From positions 1,760,001-1,824,000 of the forward strand of contig CAXXXD010000002.1 of the NCBI GenBank assembly GCA_963663385.2: a stretch of 64,000 bases of DNA, written 5' to 3'. The notes beneath the pieces were generated by a model. That model searched no databases, was not told the DNA's origin, and was given only the letters and a program-made list of their open reading frames with translations. The DNA comes from Oceanispirochaeta sp. (lineage in GTDB: Bacteria; Spirochaetota; Spirochaetia; DSM-2461). A program made the position numbers and the translations under genes. The stretch's first letter is position 1. The number at the start of each line of letters is the position of its first letter. Shown here piece after piece: positions 38,671 to 49,504 of this stretch.

Positions 38671-40056
38671 ATGAAAAAAATCATTGCAACTCTATTGTTG
38701 GCATTATTGACGCTTCCGATTATGGCGTCCGGATCACAGGAAAACGCCGGCGGACCGGAGACTGTCAAACTGTCAGTCTGGACAAGAGAAGGCGGAATTA
38801 ATCATTGGAGAGCAGATTTGGCTGCAGAGGCAGCCAGGGAACTGAATGCCCAGCTTAAGGCGGAAGGAAGCGAGATTACAGTTGAAGTGGATCCCTATCT
38901 GGATGAGGGAGACTGGGGGAACTTTAAAAAGAAATATTCCCTGGCTGCCGATGCCGGTGAAGCTCCTGCCATTATCTGTTCAGGACATGAGGATATTCCC
39001 GTCTGGAGCCGGGCCGGTTATATTGTTCCGCTGGCAGACTCTGTCAGTGATATGAAAGCGCTGGCTCCCCAGTTTGACGATGTTATCGAAAGTCTGTGGA
39101 ACTCTTCCACCTGGCAGAATAAAGTCTGGGGTGTTCCTCAGGATACGGAAGCCAGACCCATGTATTTCAGTAAAACAAACCTGAAGAAACTGGGATGGGA
39201 TGATGCGCGCATTGCCTCTCTGCCTGCTGATATGGCAGAAGGACGTTTTACCCTTGACGATGTAATTGCCACGGCAAAAGAAGCTGTAGAGAAGGGTGTT
39301 GTTGAACCCGGATACGGTTACTGGCACAGACCCCGCAAGGGCGGAGATTTTGTACAGTTCTATAAAGCATACGGCGGTGACCTTTATGATGCGGCTCAGG
39401 ATAAACTGATTATCGACAGGGATGCTCTTGTCAAATTCTATGATTTCCAGAGACGGACCGTTACCGAAGGAGTTACTCCAGCCAAATACATCGGTACGGA
39501 ATGGAAAATCTGGCACGATGTTGTTTCCAACAATAAAGCCCTTTTCTGGAACGGCGGAACATGGATGTGGGCTGACTGGGCCAAGAATTATGCGGTTGGC
39601 GGAGAGGATACACTCTGGGCGAATGTCGGTTTTGGCTATGAACCCTCCGGGATCAGGGGAGAAAAGGGTGTAACCCTCTCTCATCCTCTTGTCTATCTGG
39701 TATCCAGTAAAGACGCTTCCGGAAACAAGCATCAGGATCTTGCTATTCGTCTGATTGCCCTGATGTCTGAAACAGAGCGGAATACCCGTCATGCTGTTGA
39801 AAGCGGACACCTGGGAATCCTGAAATCCCAGAATGATTTTGCAGACTATAAAGAGAGCAAATTCCTGGCCGATGTCACGTATCTGCTGGATAATAATTTC
39901 TATCAGCCCAACCATGTAATGTACGGACTGTGGTTTGATGCTTTCTGGGATGGAATGGTAGCGGCGGAACAGGGAGATAAAACACCTGAAGAAGCAGCAG
40001 ATGATACTATAAAGGTTATGAAAGTGGAAATTGATGATCAACTGATCATCCGCTGA
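38671..40056 (+). CDS. Sugar/sugar-phosphate ABC transporter solute-binding protein
   Basis: Signal peptide ..IMASGSQE; VWGVPQDTEARPMYF; AGGAG RBS. Confidence 0.9.
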   Translation: MKKIIATLLLALLTLPIMASGSQENAGGPETVKLSVWTREGGINHWRADLAAEAARELNAQLKAEGSEITVEVDPYLDEGDWGNFKKKYSLAADAGEAPAIICSGHEDIPVWSRAGYIVPLADSVSDMKALAPQFDDVIESLWNSSTWQNKVWGVPQDTEARPMYFSKTNLKKLGWDDARIASLPADMAEGRFTLDDVIATAKEAVEKGVVEPGYGYWHRPRKGGDFVQFYKAYGGDLYDAAQDKLIIDRDALVKFYDFQRRTVTEGVTPAKYIGTEWKIWHDVVSNNKALFWNGGTWMWADWAKNYAVGGEDTLWANVGFGYEPSGIRGEKGVTLSHPLVYLVSSKDASGNKHQDLAIRLIALMSETERNTRHAVESGHLGILKSQNDFADYKESKFLADVTYLLDNNFYQPNHVMYGLWFDAFWDGMVAAEQGDKTPEEAADDTIKVMKVEIDDQLIIR

Positions 40057-40078
40057 ATTATCACTGATTAAACATCTT

Positions 40079-40112
40079 AACCCTCCTGATTCAAACGGAT
40101 CGGGAGGGTTTT
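40079..40112 (+). terminator. Intercistronic hairpin after the SBP gene (stabiliser or partial terminator)
   Basis: AACCCTCCTGAT...ATCGGGAGGGTT-TT. Confidence 0.6.
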
Positions 40113-40171
40113 CCCCTGCCTGATTTCACTCAGGTTCGAGTATAAAAAAATATAATACAAAGGAGGTCTGA

Positions 40172-41086
40172 ATGGAAAAGGAAAAGCGAAACTTAACAGG
40201 TATCTGGTTTATGCTTCCCGCTATAGTGCTGGTCATTGTGTTTTTCTTTATACCCGTTATCATGACCATTGGAATTTCTACAACGGACATGAGCTCCGTA
40301 ACAGGCTTTTCCGCCTGGAAGTGGATCGGTCTGAAAAACTATCAGAAAATTGCCCAGCACCCCGATACACTTACCAACTTCATTGCTACTTTGAAGTATG
40401 TGTCTCTTACCCTGATCTTTTTTAATGTGGGATTGGGGCTGCTTATTGCCATTATTACAAATCATCTCAAAAAAACAGTGGGCGGGTTTTTCAGAGCGGC
40501 CTGGCTGCTTCCCCGTATTACTCCTCCGGTTGTATACGTTCTCATGTGGTCCATGCTGGCGGCTGATGCCCCCTATGGTGTCATTAATCAGCTTTTCAGA
40601 ATCCCCTTCGGACTATCTACGACAAACTGGGTTCCCGAGTATGCCTTTCTGTTTATCATTCTGGTAAACGGTTATATCGGGGCTTCATTCGGTATGATTA
40701 TTTTTTCCTCGGCAATTGAAGCGATTCCCCGGGATATCATGGTGTCCTCCCTTGTGGACGGGGCATCCTACATGCAGAGGATCAAACATATTATTATTCC
40801 CCAGCTGCGATGGCCTCTGCTTTTTGTAGTTACCTACCAGACACTCTCTCTTCTTACATCGTTTGAATACATCATGATCCTGACTGACGGGAATTTCAGC
40901 ACGGAAGTCTGGTCCCTCTGGTCCTATCATAAGGCCCTGAACAATTACTGGGGGAATTTCCAGTATGGATTCGGCGCTGCCCTGGCAGCTGTTCTGGTTC
41001 TGGTAGGTACTGTTATGGGTGTTATCTATATGAAATATTTTAAATTCGACGCGCTTGTTCAAGAGCCGAAAATCGACGAATTGTAA
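40172..41086 (+). CDS. Sugar ABC transporter permease
   Basis: TM segments; EAA-like AIPRDIMVSSLVDGAS. Confidence 0.9.
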   Translation: MEKEKRNLTGIWFMLPAIVLVIVFFFIPVIMTIGISTTDMSSVTGFSAWKWIGLKNYQKIAQHPDTLTNFIATLKYVSLTLIFFNVGLGLLIAIITNHLKKTVGGFFRAAWLLPRITPPVVYVLMWSMLAADAPYGVINQLFRIPFGLSTTNWVPEYAFLFIILVNGYIGASFGMIIFSSAIEAIPRDIMVSSLVDGASYMQRIKHIIIPQLRWPLLFVVTYQTLSLLTSFEYIMILTDGNFSTEVWSLWSYHKALNNYWGNFQYGFGAALAAVLVLVGTVMGVIYMKYFKFDALVQEPKIDEL

Positions 41087-41096
41087 GGAAGGTGAG

Positions 41097-41966
41097 ATGA
41101 AAGTAAAAAGAGATAATTTTACATGGCTCTCCATTGTGATCCTTATTGTAGTAACAGCGCCGATAATTTTAGGTTATCTGTGGCTGTTTATTTCTACCTT
41201 CTCGGAACGGACTTACGGGCTGAAACCGGTGGATATAGATGGTAATCTGGGCGGGTTAACCCTGAAAAACTGGGCATTCCTGGCGGAGCCGGATATCTGG
41301 TTGATAACCATGAATACCTTTCTGCTGGCTTCATTTCTGACTCTGGGGGTTCTGCTGATTTCATCCCTGGCCGGTTATGCTTTGTCCCGTGTGAATTTCA
41401 GAGGAAGAAAGACATTTCTGTCCATGACGCTCATTCTGCATGCTTTTCCCAGCGTCACCCTTCTGATAGCTATCTATTTTGTGCTTCGTTTTATATCGGG
41501 CGTTCCCCTTCTCGGTTTTTTGTTCGGGTATAACACAATCGGAGGAGTCGTACTGGTCAGTATCGCCCTGCAGCTTCCCCTCGGGATCTGGCTGATGAAA
41601 GGATTCTTTGACGGTGTTTCATGGGATCTGGAAAGAGCGGCCCTGATTGACGGCTGTTCCCGCTGGAGATGCTGGTGGCAGATCATGATGCCCCAGATCA
41701 AACCCGGTTTGGCAGCGCTGTCCATTTTTTCGTTTATGACGGGATGGAGCTCGTTTCTGATTCCTTATACTTTTCTTACAAAAGGGAATAAAGCGGTACT
41801 GTCTACCTATCTGAATGCCATGATGAGCAGCGATACCGTATCTATTCAGTATGGGGTCCTGGCGGCGATCGGCCTCTTTCAGTTGATTCCCATACTGCTT
41901 TTCTACTCATTTACTCAAAAATATCTAATGAAAATTTTCAGCGGCGGCAGCCATGGCGGCGTTTAA
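41097..41966 (+). CDS. Sugar ABC transporter permease
   Basis: DLERAALIDGCSR EAA motif. Confidence 0.9.
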   Translation: MKVKRDNFTWLSIVILIVVTAPIILGYLWLFISTFSERTYGLKPVDIDGNLGGLTLKNWAFLAEPDIWLITMNTFLLASFLTLGVLLISSLAGYALSRVNFRGRKTFLSMTLILHAFPSVTLLIAIYFVLRFISGVPLLGFLFGYNTIGGVVLVSIALQLPLGIWLMKGFFDGVSWDLERAALIDGCSRWRCWWQIMMPQIKPGLAALSIFSFMTGWSSFLIPYTFLTKGNKAVLSTYLNAMMSSDTVSIQYGVLAAIGLFQLIPILLFYSFTQKYLMKIFSGGSHGGV

Positions 41967-41978
41967 GGAGCGACAGAA

Positions 41979-43055
41979 ATGGATGTAAAACTTAAAAATC
42001 TGACAAAAAAATTCGGCAATGATACAGCCGTTGATAAGATGAATCTTGATATAAAAGATGGTGAGTTTGTCGCTTTCCTGGGGCCTTCCGGCTGCGGTAA
42101 AACAACAACTCTTTTAATGACAGCCGGTATTTATAGACCCGACGGCGGTGAAATCTACTTTGGTGACCGTCTGGTAAATAAACTCCAGCCCAAGGACAGG
42201 AATATTGGAATGGTTTTTCAGAGTTATGCACTTTATCCCCATATGTCCGTTTTTGATAACATCGTTTTTTCAATGAAACTACAGAAAAAGCCTAAAAAAG
42301 AGATGATTCAGGAGGCGGATCGTGTGGCCGGTCTCCTGGGAATCGGTCATCTGCTTAAAAGGAAACCCGGGCAGCTATCGGGGGGGCAGCAGCAGCGTGT
42401 TGCTCTGGGACGCGCCCTGATAAAAAAGCCGGAACTCCTTCTTTTTGATGAACCCCTGTCGAATCTGGATGCCCGTTTGAGAATCACCATGCGGAGTGAA
42501 ATCAAACGCCTGCAGAGGGATCTCGGGATTACCAGTATTTATGTGACCCATGATCAGGTGGAAGCCATGACGATGGCAGACCGGGTTGCTGTTATGAAAG
42601 ACGGCAGGCTGCAGGCTTTTATGCCCCCACTGGAACTTCATGAAAGACCGAGAACCCGATTTATAGCCCAGTTTGTGGGTAACCCGCCTATGAACTTCTT
42701 TAATATCGAACTAAAAGGGGAAGGTGACAGTCTGAAAGCCGTTCATCCCGGTTTTTCAATTGATGTGGATGCCGGACGTAAGCCGGAAAAGGGCGGCAGA
42801 TCTGTTCTACTGGGGATACGTCCGGAAGATATAACAATTAACCCGGCCTCGGAAATAAAGGCGGAAATCCTTATTGTTGAGCCTCTGGGCAGGGATGACC
42901 TTCTGCAGTGTCGTATCGGCGATATGGATATTTCCATTCTGGCTGATCCGAAAGAAAAACACAGAAGCGGTGATATTATCGGTCTGGATCTGGATAATAA
43001 AGCTTTTCAGTTTTTTGATCCTGAAACAGATAAGTCCCTTTTATGGTTCGATTAA
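41979..43055 (+). CDS. Sugar ABC transporter ATP-binding protein (MalK/UgpC-like)
   Basis: GPSGCGKT, MVFQSYALYPH, LSGGQQQR, LFDEPLSNLD, VTHDQ. Confidence 0.95.
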   Translation: MDVKLKNLTKKFGNDTAVDKMNLDIKDGEFVAFLGPSGCGKTTTLLMTAGIYRPDGGEIYFGDRLVNKLQPKDRNIGMVFQSYALYPHMSVFDNIVFSMKLQKKPKKEMIQEADRVAGLLGIGHLLKRKPGQLSGGQQQRVALGRALIKKPELLLFDEPLSNLDARLRITMRSEIKRLQRDLGITSIYVTHDQVEAMTMADRVAVMKDGRLQAFMPPLELHERPRTRFIAQFVGNPPMNFFNIELKGEGDSLKAVHPGFSIDVDAGRKPEKGGRSVLLGIRPEDITINPASEIKAEILIVEPLGRDDLLQCRIGDMDISILADPKEKHRSGDIIGLDLDNKAFQFFDPETDKSLLWFD

Positions 43056-43076
43056 GTCAGGCTGTTCAATTCTGAT

Positions 43077-43132
43077 AAATCCCCTGTTTTCCTGTTGCAG
43101 GCCTGTGGAGGTCTAGGATAGCGGGGGATTTT
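43077..43132. terminator. Hairpin between convergent genes
   Basis: AAATCCCC...GGGGATTT inverted repeat. Confidence 0.45.
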
Positions 43133-43137
43133 TCTGC

Positions 43138-44919
43138 CTATATTTCCTTGTACTGATTATATACTTCTCTTATCTCATCCATGGAAGAATCAAGGCATTC
43201 CAACACAGCAGGGTCAAAGTGCCCTTCCATCTCATCATTCATAATTCTCAGTGTTTCTTCAATGGAATAGGCTTCCTTGTAGGGGCGTTTGGAACTGAGG
43301 GCATCAAAAACATCTGCGGCAGCCACAATCCGGCCTGCCAGGGGAATCTCCTCTCCTTTCAGGCTGCCCGGATATCCTGTCCCGTTAAATTTTTCATGGT
43401 GTCCTGTGATGATTTCGATAGCTGTCTTCATGACAGGTTCGGAAAAATAGGATGAAAGATTCCGGTTTATATCCTGGATTACGTTTACACCAATCAGAAC
43501 ATGTTCCTGCATTTTTGCCATTTCCTGATCAGTAAGATTACGGGGCTTCATAAGGATACTGTCGGGGATGCCTATCTTTCCGATATCGTGGAGAGGTGAG
43601 TACCAGAGGATTTCCCGTACATAACGCGGTGTAATTTCCTTATGGAGCCTGGCGTAGTTTTTGGCAATAATGCTGGAATAAAGGGACATCCTTTTTATAT
43701 GGCTGGAAGTCTCGTTATCCTTTTCATTCATCAGAGTGACGAATGAATGGGCTATCTCGGCAATTATATCCTGAATTGTGTATTCCAGATACAGTTTGTT
43801 TTTAACCTGAGAAAAGATCCTTTTGGCATAAAGAGCCGACGTTTCATCGTAGGCATTTTTATTTTTGCAGGATATGAAAAGGAATCCCACACAGCGATGG
43901 TTGATATAGAAAGGTATGGTCAGGCTGGATTTAATTCCCTCCCTGAGAATCTTCAATGTGGATTTTGAAGCTTCCTGACGGGAGTGGTTTTTTTTACAGC
44001 TGGTGTACTTTTCCAGATCCGCAATAATCCGTACATCCTTGGATTTGGCAAGTTCTTCGAGGCTTGTACTAGTAATCGGTTCCGAGTAACCCGGTTCCAG
44101 CTGAAGATTATTGTATTCTGTGTAGGCGGTTTCGGCAGTTATCTCTCCATTGTCGCCAATAAAGGCAAGAGCAACCCTGTCGCAGCAGATTTTTCTGTTT
44201 AATATATAATACAGATCTTTCAGAACCCCATCCAGGTTACCGTATACATCGATATCCTGCAGGCTTCTGTCAAAACTGATATCCTCAACAATTTTACCGA
44301 CATCCAGTAAAAACTGCCTGGATTCGATTACAGAGGCATCTTCCGGAGAAATCAGGTAGATATCGTTGAATTTAAGAATATTATCAACAGAGTCAACCCC
44401 GCTCTTTATTTCCTTTAAAAACTGGTTTTGTTTCTTTTTCCAGTAGAGAAGGTTGATCAGGGCTATAATCGTAATAAGAAGGATTATTACTACAATTATA
44501 CGGATGGTATTTCCTGTACTATTTTGAATATCCGCTCTATTCCTCCTGATCTGAGAGGCAAAATCCCGAATCTTTGTAATATAAAACTGATACAGGAATT
44601 CTCTGTCTGAAGTTTCTGACGGTTCTTCAACCATCAAATCAATATTTTTGATAAGTTTTGGGTTCAAGCGGGAGAATTCCTCTATCAGTTCTCTGTATAG
44701 AATTCGTATTTCTTTATAATCTTTTATGTCCCTGGTATTATTCAGGGCTAAGGCAATACTGTTTATATGTGAAACGGTTTTATTGAATTCCATTTCTGAA
44801 TTGTTATTGGAATACAATCGAAGGAATATAAACAAAGTAAAACCGCTGATTAATATTATATTGAAAAGCAACAGGTAAAAATGCCTGTTGGTTATTTTTT
44901 TTATACTATCTTTTTTCAT
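43138..44919 (-). CDS. Membrane GAF + HD-GYP c-di-GMP phosphodiesterase
   Basis: Two TMs; GAF-like segment; ETSSHIKR, LHDIGK, HHEKFNGTGYP, ADVFDALSSKRPYK. Confidence 0.9.
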   Translation of the reverse strand: MKKDSIKKITNRHFYLLLFNIILISGFTLFIFLRLYSNNNSEMEFNKTVSHINSIALALNNTRDIKDYKEIRILYRELIEEFSRLNPKLIKNIDLMVEEPSETSDREFLYQFYITKIRDFASQIRRNRADIQNSTGNTIRIIVVIILLITIIALINLLYWKKKQNQFLKEIKSGVDSVDNILKFNDIYLISPEDASVIESRQFLLDVGKIVEDISFDRSLQDIDVYGNLDGVLKDLYYILNRKICCDRVALAFIGDNGEITAETAYTEYNNLQLEPGYSEPITSTSLEELAKSKDVRIIADLEKYTSCKKNHSRQEASKSTLKILREGIKSSLTIPFYINHRCVGFLFISCKNKNAYDETSALYAKRIFSQVKNKLYLEYTIQDIIAEIAHSFVTLMNEKDNETSSHIKRMSLYSSIIAKNYARLHKEITPRYVREILWYSPLHDIGKIGIPDSILMKPRNLTDQEMAKMQEHVLIGVNVIQDINRNLSSYFSEPVMKTAIEIITGHHEKFNGTGYPGSLKGEEIPLAGRIVAAADVFDALSSKRPYKEAYSIEETLRIMNDEMEGHFDPAVLECLDSSMDEIREVYNQYKEI

Positions 44920-45131
44920 AATTATGTAAAATTTTTATAGTTAGAAATACATTGTTTGTCAAACCCTTTTGTTAATATACATATATAATACATAAATAAT
45001 CAGCAATAAATATAAAAATCACCAGTAGAGAGGACCTGCCTAAAGGAGTAAAAAAATGGTAGACGGCTTGGATATAAGGTGTATCCGGAGTATAAATATA
45101 GCCAGTTTTTACATCAGGGAGAGTCTTTTTT

Positions 45132-45854
45132 ATGCACGAAGTTGATTTGCACAGTCACAGTTTTTTCAGTCGATGCGGAGTTCACTCTGTAATAGAACTG
45201 CTGGAGGCTGCCAGGAGAAAAGGACTGAAAGCTCAGGCTGTTACAGACCATGGTCCCGCCAAGGTTGATCGTATTAATACAACATTTTTCACGCGACTGC
45301 AGGATCCCGTGGAGGGGATACATCTGCTTAAAGGGATGGAGTGTAATCTTACAGACAAAGCAGGTCATCTTGATATGGATCCGGAGATGATACCCCATTG
45401 TGATGTACTGCTGGCCGGTCTTCATGACAATATCCGGGACGAGTGGAGTGATGAAGAAGCTACCGAAGCTCTTATCGCCGCCATGAGAGGGAATCCCTGG
45501 CTGGATGTTATCACCCATCCTCTTTGCGGCGAGTATAAAATAGATCTGCGAAAGTGTGCACGTGTTGCGAAAGAGACGGGGAAGGCCCTGGAATTCAATA
45601 ATTCAAAAATACGCCTGGGGTCAATATCGCCGGAACAGCAGAAGCACTTTATCCGTATCTGCCGGGAAGAGGGCTGTCTGGTTGCGGTTAATACGGATGC
45701 CCATACGGTAAACGAACTGGGAGATACCAGAGCAATGGATGCCCTTCTGAAGGAAGAGGGATTTCCCGCAGACAGGATTGTCAATAGAACCTATGAGGGG
45801 TTGATGAAATGGCTGGAGGAACGGCGGAATTTTAAAAAGGAATTACCGGTTTAA
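45132..45854 (+). CDS. PHP-domain phosphatase (YcdX-like)
   Basis: DLHSHS, VTDHGP, GMECN, ITHP, NTDAH. Confidence 0.88.
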   Translation: MHEVDLHSHSFFSRCGVHSVIELLEAARRKGLKAQAVTDHGPAKVDRINTTFFTRLQDPVEGIHLLKGMECNLTDKAGHLDMDPEMIPHCDVLLAGLHDNIRDEWSDEEATEALIAAMRGNPWLDVITHPLCGEYKIDLRKCARVAKETGKALEFNNSKIRLGSISPEQQKHFIRICREEGCLVAVNTDAHTVNELGDTRAMDALLKEEGFPADRIVNRTYEGLMKWLEERRNFKKELPV

Positions 45855-46717
45855 GTGGATACATAACCGTATTCGGATAGTTTTCCCATTTCCAGTCCCA
45901 TTTCGTACCCGGCCATAAGCCTGGTTTTATCTTTGGTCGTACGTCCCACATCAAACCCTTCCGAAGGAGCTATGACTCTGATTTTGCAGTCTGCCGGCGG
46001 GTTTTCTATAAAGTCTATGGATTTGTTGTATAGGGATGCCCGATTGCTCATACAGGATCGAAGGGCCGGGTAGGACCTAAGCATATAATTCATAAGGGGA
46101 GAGTTGTTTTTCTCCTTTTTACGGTATCCTCGGGGACGGGACAGAATCACTGTTATATCCCGGGCTCCCATTTTGTAGGCTTCTATTACGGGGATTGAAT
46201 CGGCCACTCCTCCGTCAGACATGGGTACCCCGTTATATTCCGGGTAGCCTCTGTAGAATACGGGCAGGGCACTGGAAGCTTTCAGAAGCTGCTCCAGTCC
46301 TTCTGGTTCCGCTTTGATATACTCTGCTTTACCGCACAGAGCATTGGTTGTAACTACGTAAAGGGTTGTCTTCTGCTTTCTGAACTGTTCAAGATCCAGT
46401 CTGATCTCTTTAATTGTAATATCCCACAGCCAATCCAGATCCAGTGCATGGCCGCCTTTCAGAAATTTCCTGAAGGAGATGAATTGGGGACGGCAGGAGT
46501 AATCCATATAGACTTTCAGGTTTCTTTCTTTCTGTCTGCAAAGCCAGGCTGCCAGATTGGTTGCACCGGCGGAAACACCAATGCAGAAATCGAAGGGATT
46601 GTAGTTTTCAGATAAAAATCTGTCCAGTACGCCTGTGGCGAATACGCCTCTCATAGCGCCGCCTTCTACAACTAAAGCTTTTTTTAATTCCATGTTCTGA
46701 TCTGCTGTTTCCGGCAT
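45851..46717 (-). CDS. Patatin-family phospholipase (YjjU-like)
   Basis: VEGGAMRG, GVSAG, SSALP, DGG. Confidence 0.9.
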   Translation of the reverse strand: MPETADQNMELKKALVVEGGAMRGVFATGVLDRFLSENYNPFDFCIGVSAGATNLAAWLCRQKERNLKVYMDYSCRPQFISFRKFLKGGHALDLDWLWDITIKEIRLDLEQFRKQKTTLYVVTTNALCGKAEYIKAEPEGLEQLLKASSALPVFYRGYPEYNGVPMSDGGVADSIPVIEAYKMGARDITVILSRPRGYRKKEKNNSPLMNYMLRSYPALRSCMSNRASLYNKSIDFIENPPADCKIRVIAPSEGFDVGRTTKDKTRLMAGYEMGLEMGKLSEYGYVST

Positions 46718-46812
46718 AAAAAATCCCACTCCTTATGCTCTATTTTATAGAAAAAAGGAATGGGCAGCTATAGTTCACAAAGGCTTAATAAGTGTAAATA
46801 CGTATAATCAAA

Positions 46813-46971
46813 CTATCTGAGGTTGCTTAAAAGAGCTGTCAGTATAATTCCCACACTGATCCATAAACTAATTTTGGCAGCCGCTTTTCCGCTGATATGG
46901 AATGATGTGGTTATATCAAAGCCAGCTTGATTTCTACTGTCTTCGGGGGTAATCAGATACGGTAATTTCAT
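46813..46971 (-). pseudogene. 52-codon remnant, possibly the N-terminus of a LysE/RhtB exporter
   Basis: Strong GGAGGAGAG RBS plus ATG; MKLPYLITPEDSRNQAGFDITTSFHISGKAAAKISLWISVGIILTALLSNLR*; divergent from LysR. Confidence 0.4.
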
Positions 46972-47072
46972 ATTAATCTCTCCTCCGGCGTATTAATATT
47001 CTAATTGTATTATAGAATTGTCTATAGTATAAGTATAGTTATATTAAATTGATTATAGGTTAAGTTATACTT

Positions 47073-48023
47073 ATGTTGCAGAATCTGGACCGTTTGAAAA
47101 CCTTTTATTATGTCTTTTCCCGTCAGAGCATTGTGGCTGCTGCTAATACCCTTCATGTGAGTCAGTCGGCTGTCAGTCAGTCCCTGCAGAAGCTGGAACA
47201 GGAGATAAAATCCCCCTTGTTTACAAGGCTCCATAAAAAACTGATTCCCACAGCCGCCGGGATTGAGCTGTTCCGTATAGTGGAAGTATTTATGTCCGAG
47301 CTGGATGCCTATTTGAATGAACTGAACCTGTCGAAGGATACACCCATTGGCGAGCTTAGGATCGGAGCGCCATAGGAGTTCGGAAAGGTTTACCTCTCTA
47401 TTGTTGTAGCCGAGTTCCGGGAGATGTATCCGGATGTCAGGTTCTTTCTGGAATTCGGTCACCCGGACAAACTGCTCCCTATGCTGAGGGAGGGGCGGAT
47501 AGATTTTATCCTGCTGGATGAGTTTCTCGCCAAAAGTCCCTACAGCGGCAGTCTTGAAGAATTCCTCTTTGAACCTGTTGTTGAAGAGGAAGTGATTCTG
47601 GCCTGCTCCCGGGAGTACTATCAGACGCATATTAAAGGTGAGATTTCCTACTCATCTCTGTCAAGGCAGAACTTTATAAGCTACACCATGGACAGGCAAT
47701 TTTTGAATGAGTGGTGCAAGGCTCACTTTTCGCGGTCATTTACTAATGTAAACAGTGTTATGACTGTGGATAACCACGAAGCAGTGGTTTCGGCCATTAT
47801 GCATAATATCGGGATGGGTATTGTAACGACTCACAGGGTCATGGAGGAACTGGATTCGGGGGTCATGATAAAAATCGAGACTTCCCGGCCGGATATTATC
47901 AATACCATCTCCCTTGTTCAGATTCTGAATAAAACTCCCACCCTTGCAGAAAAGCTTTTTTCCAAGTTTCTGATTGAAAGGATCCAATCACTGACCGCTC
48001 AAAGCGGTCAGGATTCCCCTTGA
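47073..48023 (+). pseudogene. LysR-family regulator interrupted by in-frame TAG
   Basis: HTH AANTLHVSQSAVSQSLQKLE; TAG at 47373-75; the same frame continues EFGKVYL...YPDV through the substrate-binding domain. Confidence 0.85.
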
Positions 48024-48180
48024 GCATTGATCTTCCATAATTTCAGAAAGGATTCCTCCGGAACGGTGGGGGAACTGTATGCCAGGGGTGAGCCGTCAAA
48101 CCGTTCTTAGTCTTCTTGTATATAACCCCTCAATCCGTTACAATCCTCTAACAAAATATTAAATATGGAGGTATACGTAT

Positions 48181-49425
48181 ATGAACGCGGCATTGGCCAC
48201 CCTGAAAGAACGGGGATTTTTCAAACAGTGTACAGATGAAGATTTACTGAACAAAAAACTAGATGAAGGACCCGTACGGATTTATGTAGGCGTAGATCCC
48301 ACAGGACCTTCCATGCATGTCGGGCATATGGTTCCTCTTTTTGCTATGCATCATCTGCAGCAGGCAGGACACCTGCCAATCGTTCTGGTCGGCGGTGGTA
48401 CCGCACGGATCGGCGACCCATCCGGTAAAACGGATATGCGGAAGATGCTGACCATAGATCAGATTAAATCCAATGCTGAAAATCTGAAAAAGCAGATTGC
48501 CAATTTTATTGAATTTGACGGAGACAAGGCCAAGCTGGTGGATAACGCTGATTGGCTGGCGGACCTGAACTATATTGATTTTCTGAGAGACATCGGACGG
48601 CACTTTTCCGTTAACAGAATGCTGACCTTCGAAGCCTATAAAAAACGTCTGGAGAAGGGACTCTCCTTTATCGAGTTCAACTACCAGCTGCTGCAGTCCT
48701 ACGACTTTCTGGAGCTGTACAGACGGGAAAACTGTATTCTCCAGATCGGCGGTGACGATCAGTGGGGAAATATTGTAGCCGGTATGGAGCTGATACGCCG
48801 GATGGAAGGGGGCGAGGCAATCGGTCTGACCTTTCCTCTGGTAACACGGTCTGACGGTAAAAAGATGGGGAAAACCGAAAAGGGCGCCATCTTTCTGGAT
48901 CCGGAACTGACCAGTATCTACGACTTTTTTCAGTACTGGAGAAATGTGGCCGATGCGGATGTGGAAAAATTCCTGCTCCTCTATACGTTCCTTCCCGCCG
49001 ATGAGTGCAGAAGACTGGGAGCCCTGAAGGATCAGGAAATTAACAAAGCCAAGGAAGTTCTGGCTTATGAGCTTACCAAGATTATTCATGGGGAAGCGGA
49101 AGCCAATAAAGCCATGGAAGGCGCCAGAGCGGCTTTCAAAGCCGGAGGAACCCAGGATAAATCCGGTATGCCTTCAGCCGGGATGACCGTATCCGAGTTG
49201 GAAGCGGGTATCAATGTTATGGATCTCTTTGTTCAGTCCGGACTCTGCTCTTCCAAAAGTGATGCCCGACGTCTTGTAAGCCAGAACGGAGCTTCCATCA
49301 ATGGTGAAAAATACTCGGATGTGGATGCCATAATCGGTGTCGAGGCTATTAACGAAGAGGGCGGAGAAAAAGAGATCGTTCTGAAAGCAGGTAAGAAACG
49401 GTTCTTCCGATTTATTGTAAAATAG
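48181..49425 (+). CDS. tyrS: Tyrosine--tRNA ligase
   Basis: GVDPTGPSMHVGH, QIGGDDQWGNI, KMGKT, C-terminal S4-like domain. Confidence 0.97.
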   Translation: MNAALATLKERGFFKQCTDEDLLNKKLDEGPVRIYVGVDPTGPSMHVGHMVPLFAMHHLQQAGHLPIVLVGGGTARIGDPSGKTDMRKMLTIDQIKSNAENLKKQIANFIEFDGDKAKLVDNADWLADLNYIDFLRDIGRHFSVNRMLTFEAYKKRLEKGLSFIEFNYQLLQSYDFLELYRRENCILQIGGDDQWGNIVAGMELIRRMEGGEAIGLTFPLVTRSDGKKMGKTEKGAIFLDPELTSIYDFFQYWRNVADADVEKFLLLYTFLPADECRRLGALKDQEINKAKEVLAYELTKIIHGEAEANKAMEGARAAFKAGGTQDKSGMPSAGMTVSELEAGINVMDLFVQSGLCSSKSDARRLVSQNGASINGEKYSDVDAIIGVEAINEEGGEKEIVLKAGKKRFFRFIVK

Positions 49426-49470
49426 GACTCTATACCGTCTTTGCCATACAAAGGAATTAAGGTTAAAAAA

Positions 49471-49504
49471 AGACCCGCGAGATTTATCCGCGGGTCTGTT
49501 TTTT
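49471..49504 (+). terminator. Rho-independent terminator
   Basis: AGACCCGCG...CGCGGGTCT plus T run. Confidence 0.8.

Noticed and set aside
38980..40041. Long antisense ORFs (also 466-1155, 16888-17742, 28796-29695, 48259-49089, 51659-52561, 61145-61969)
   Set aside because: Shadows of well-supported genes on the opposite strand; no motifs
47373..47375. Pyrrolysine or amber recoding in LysR
   Set aside because: No pyl genes seen; TAG is a normal stop for several genes in the window
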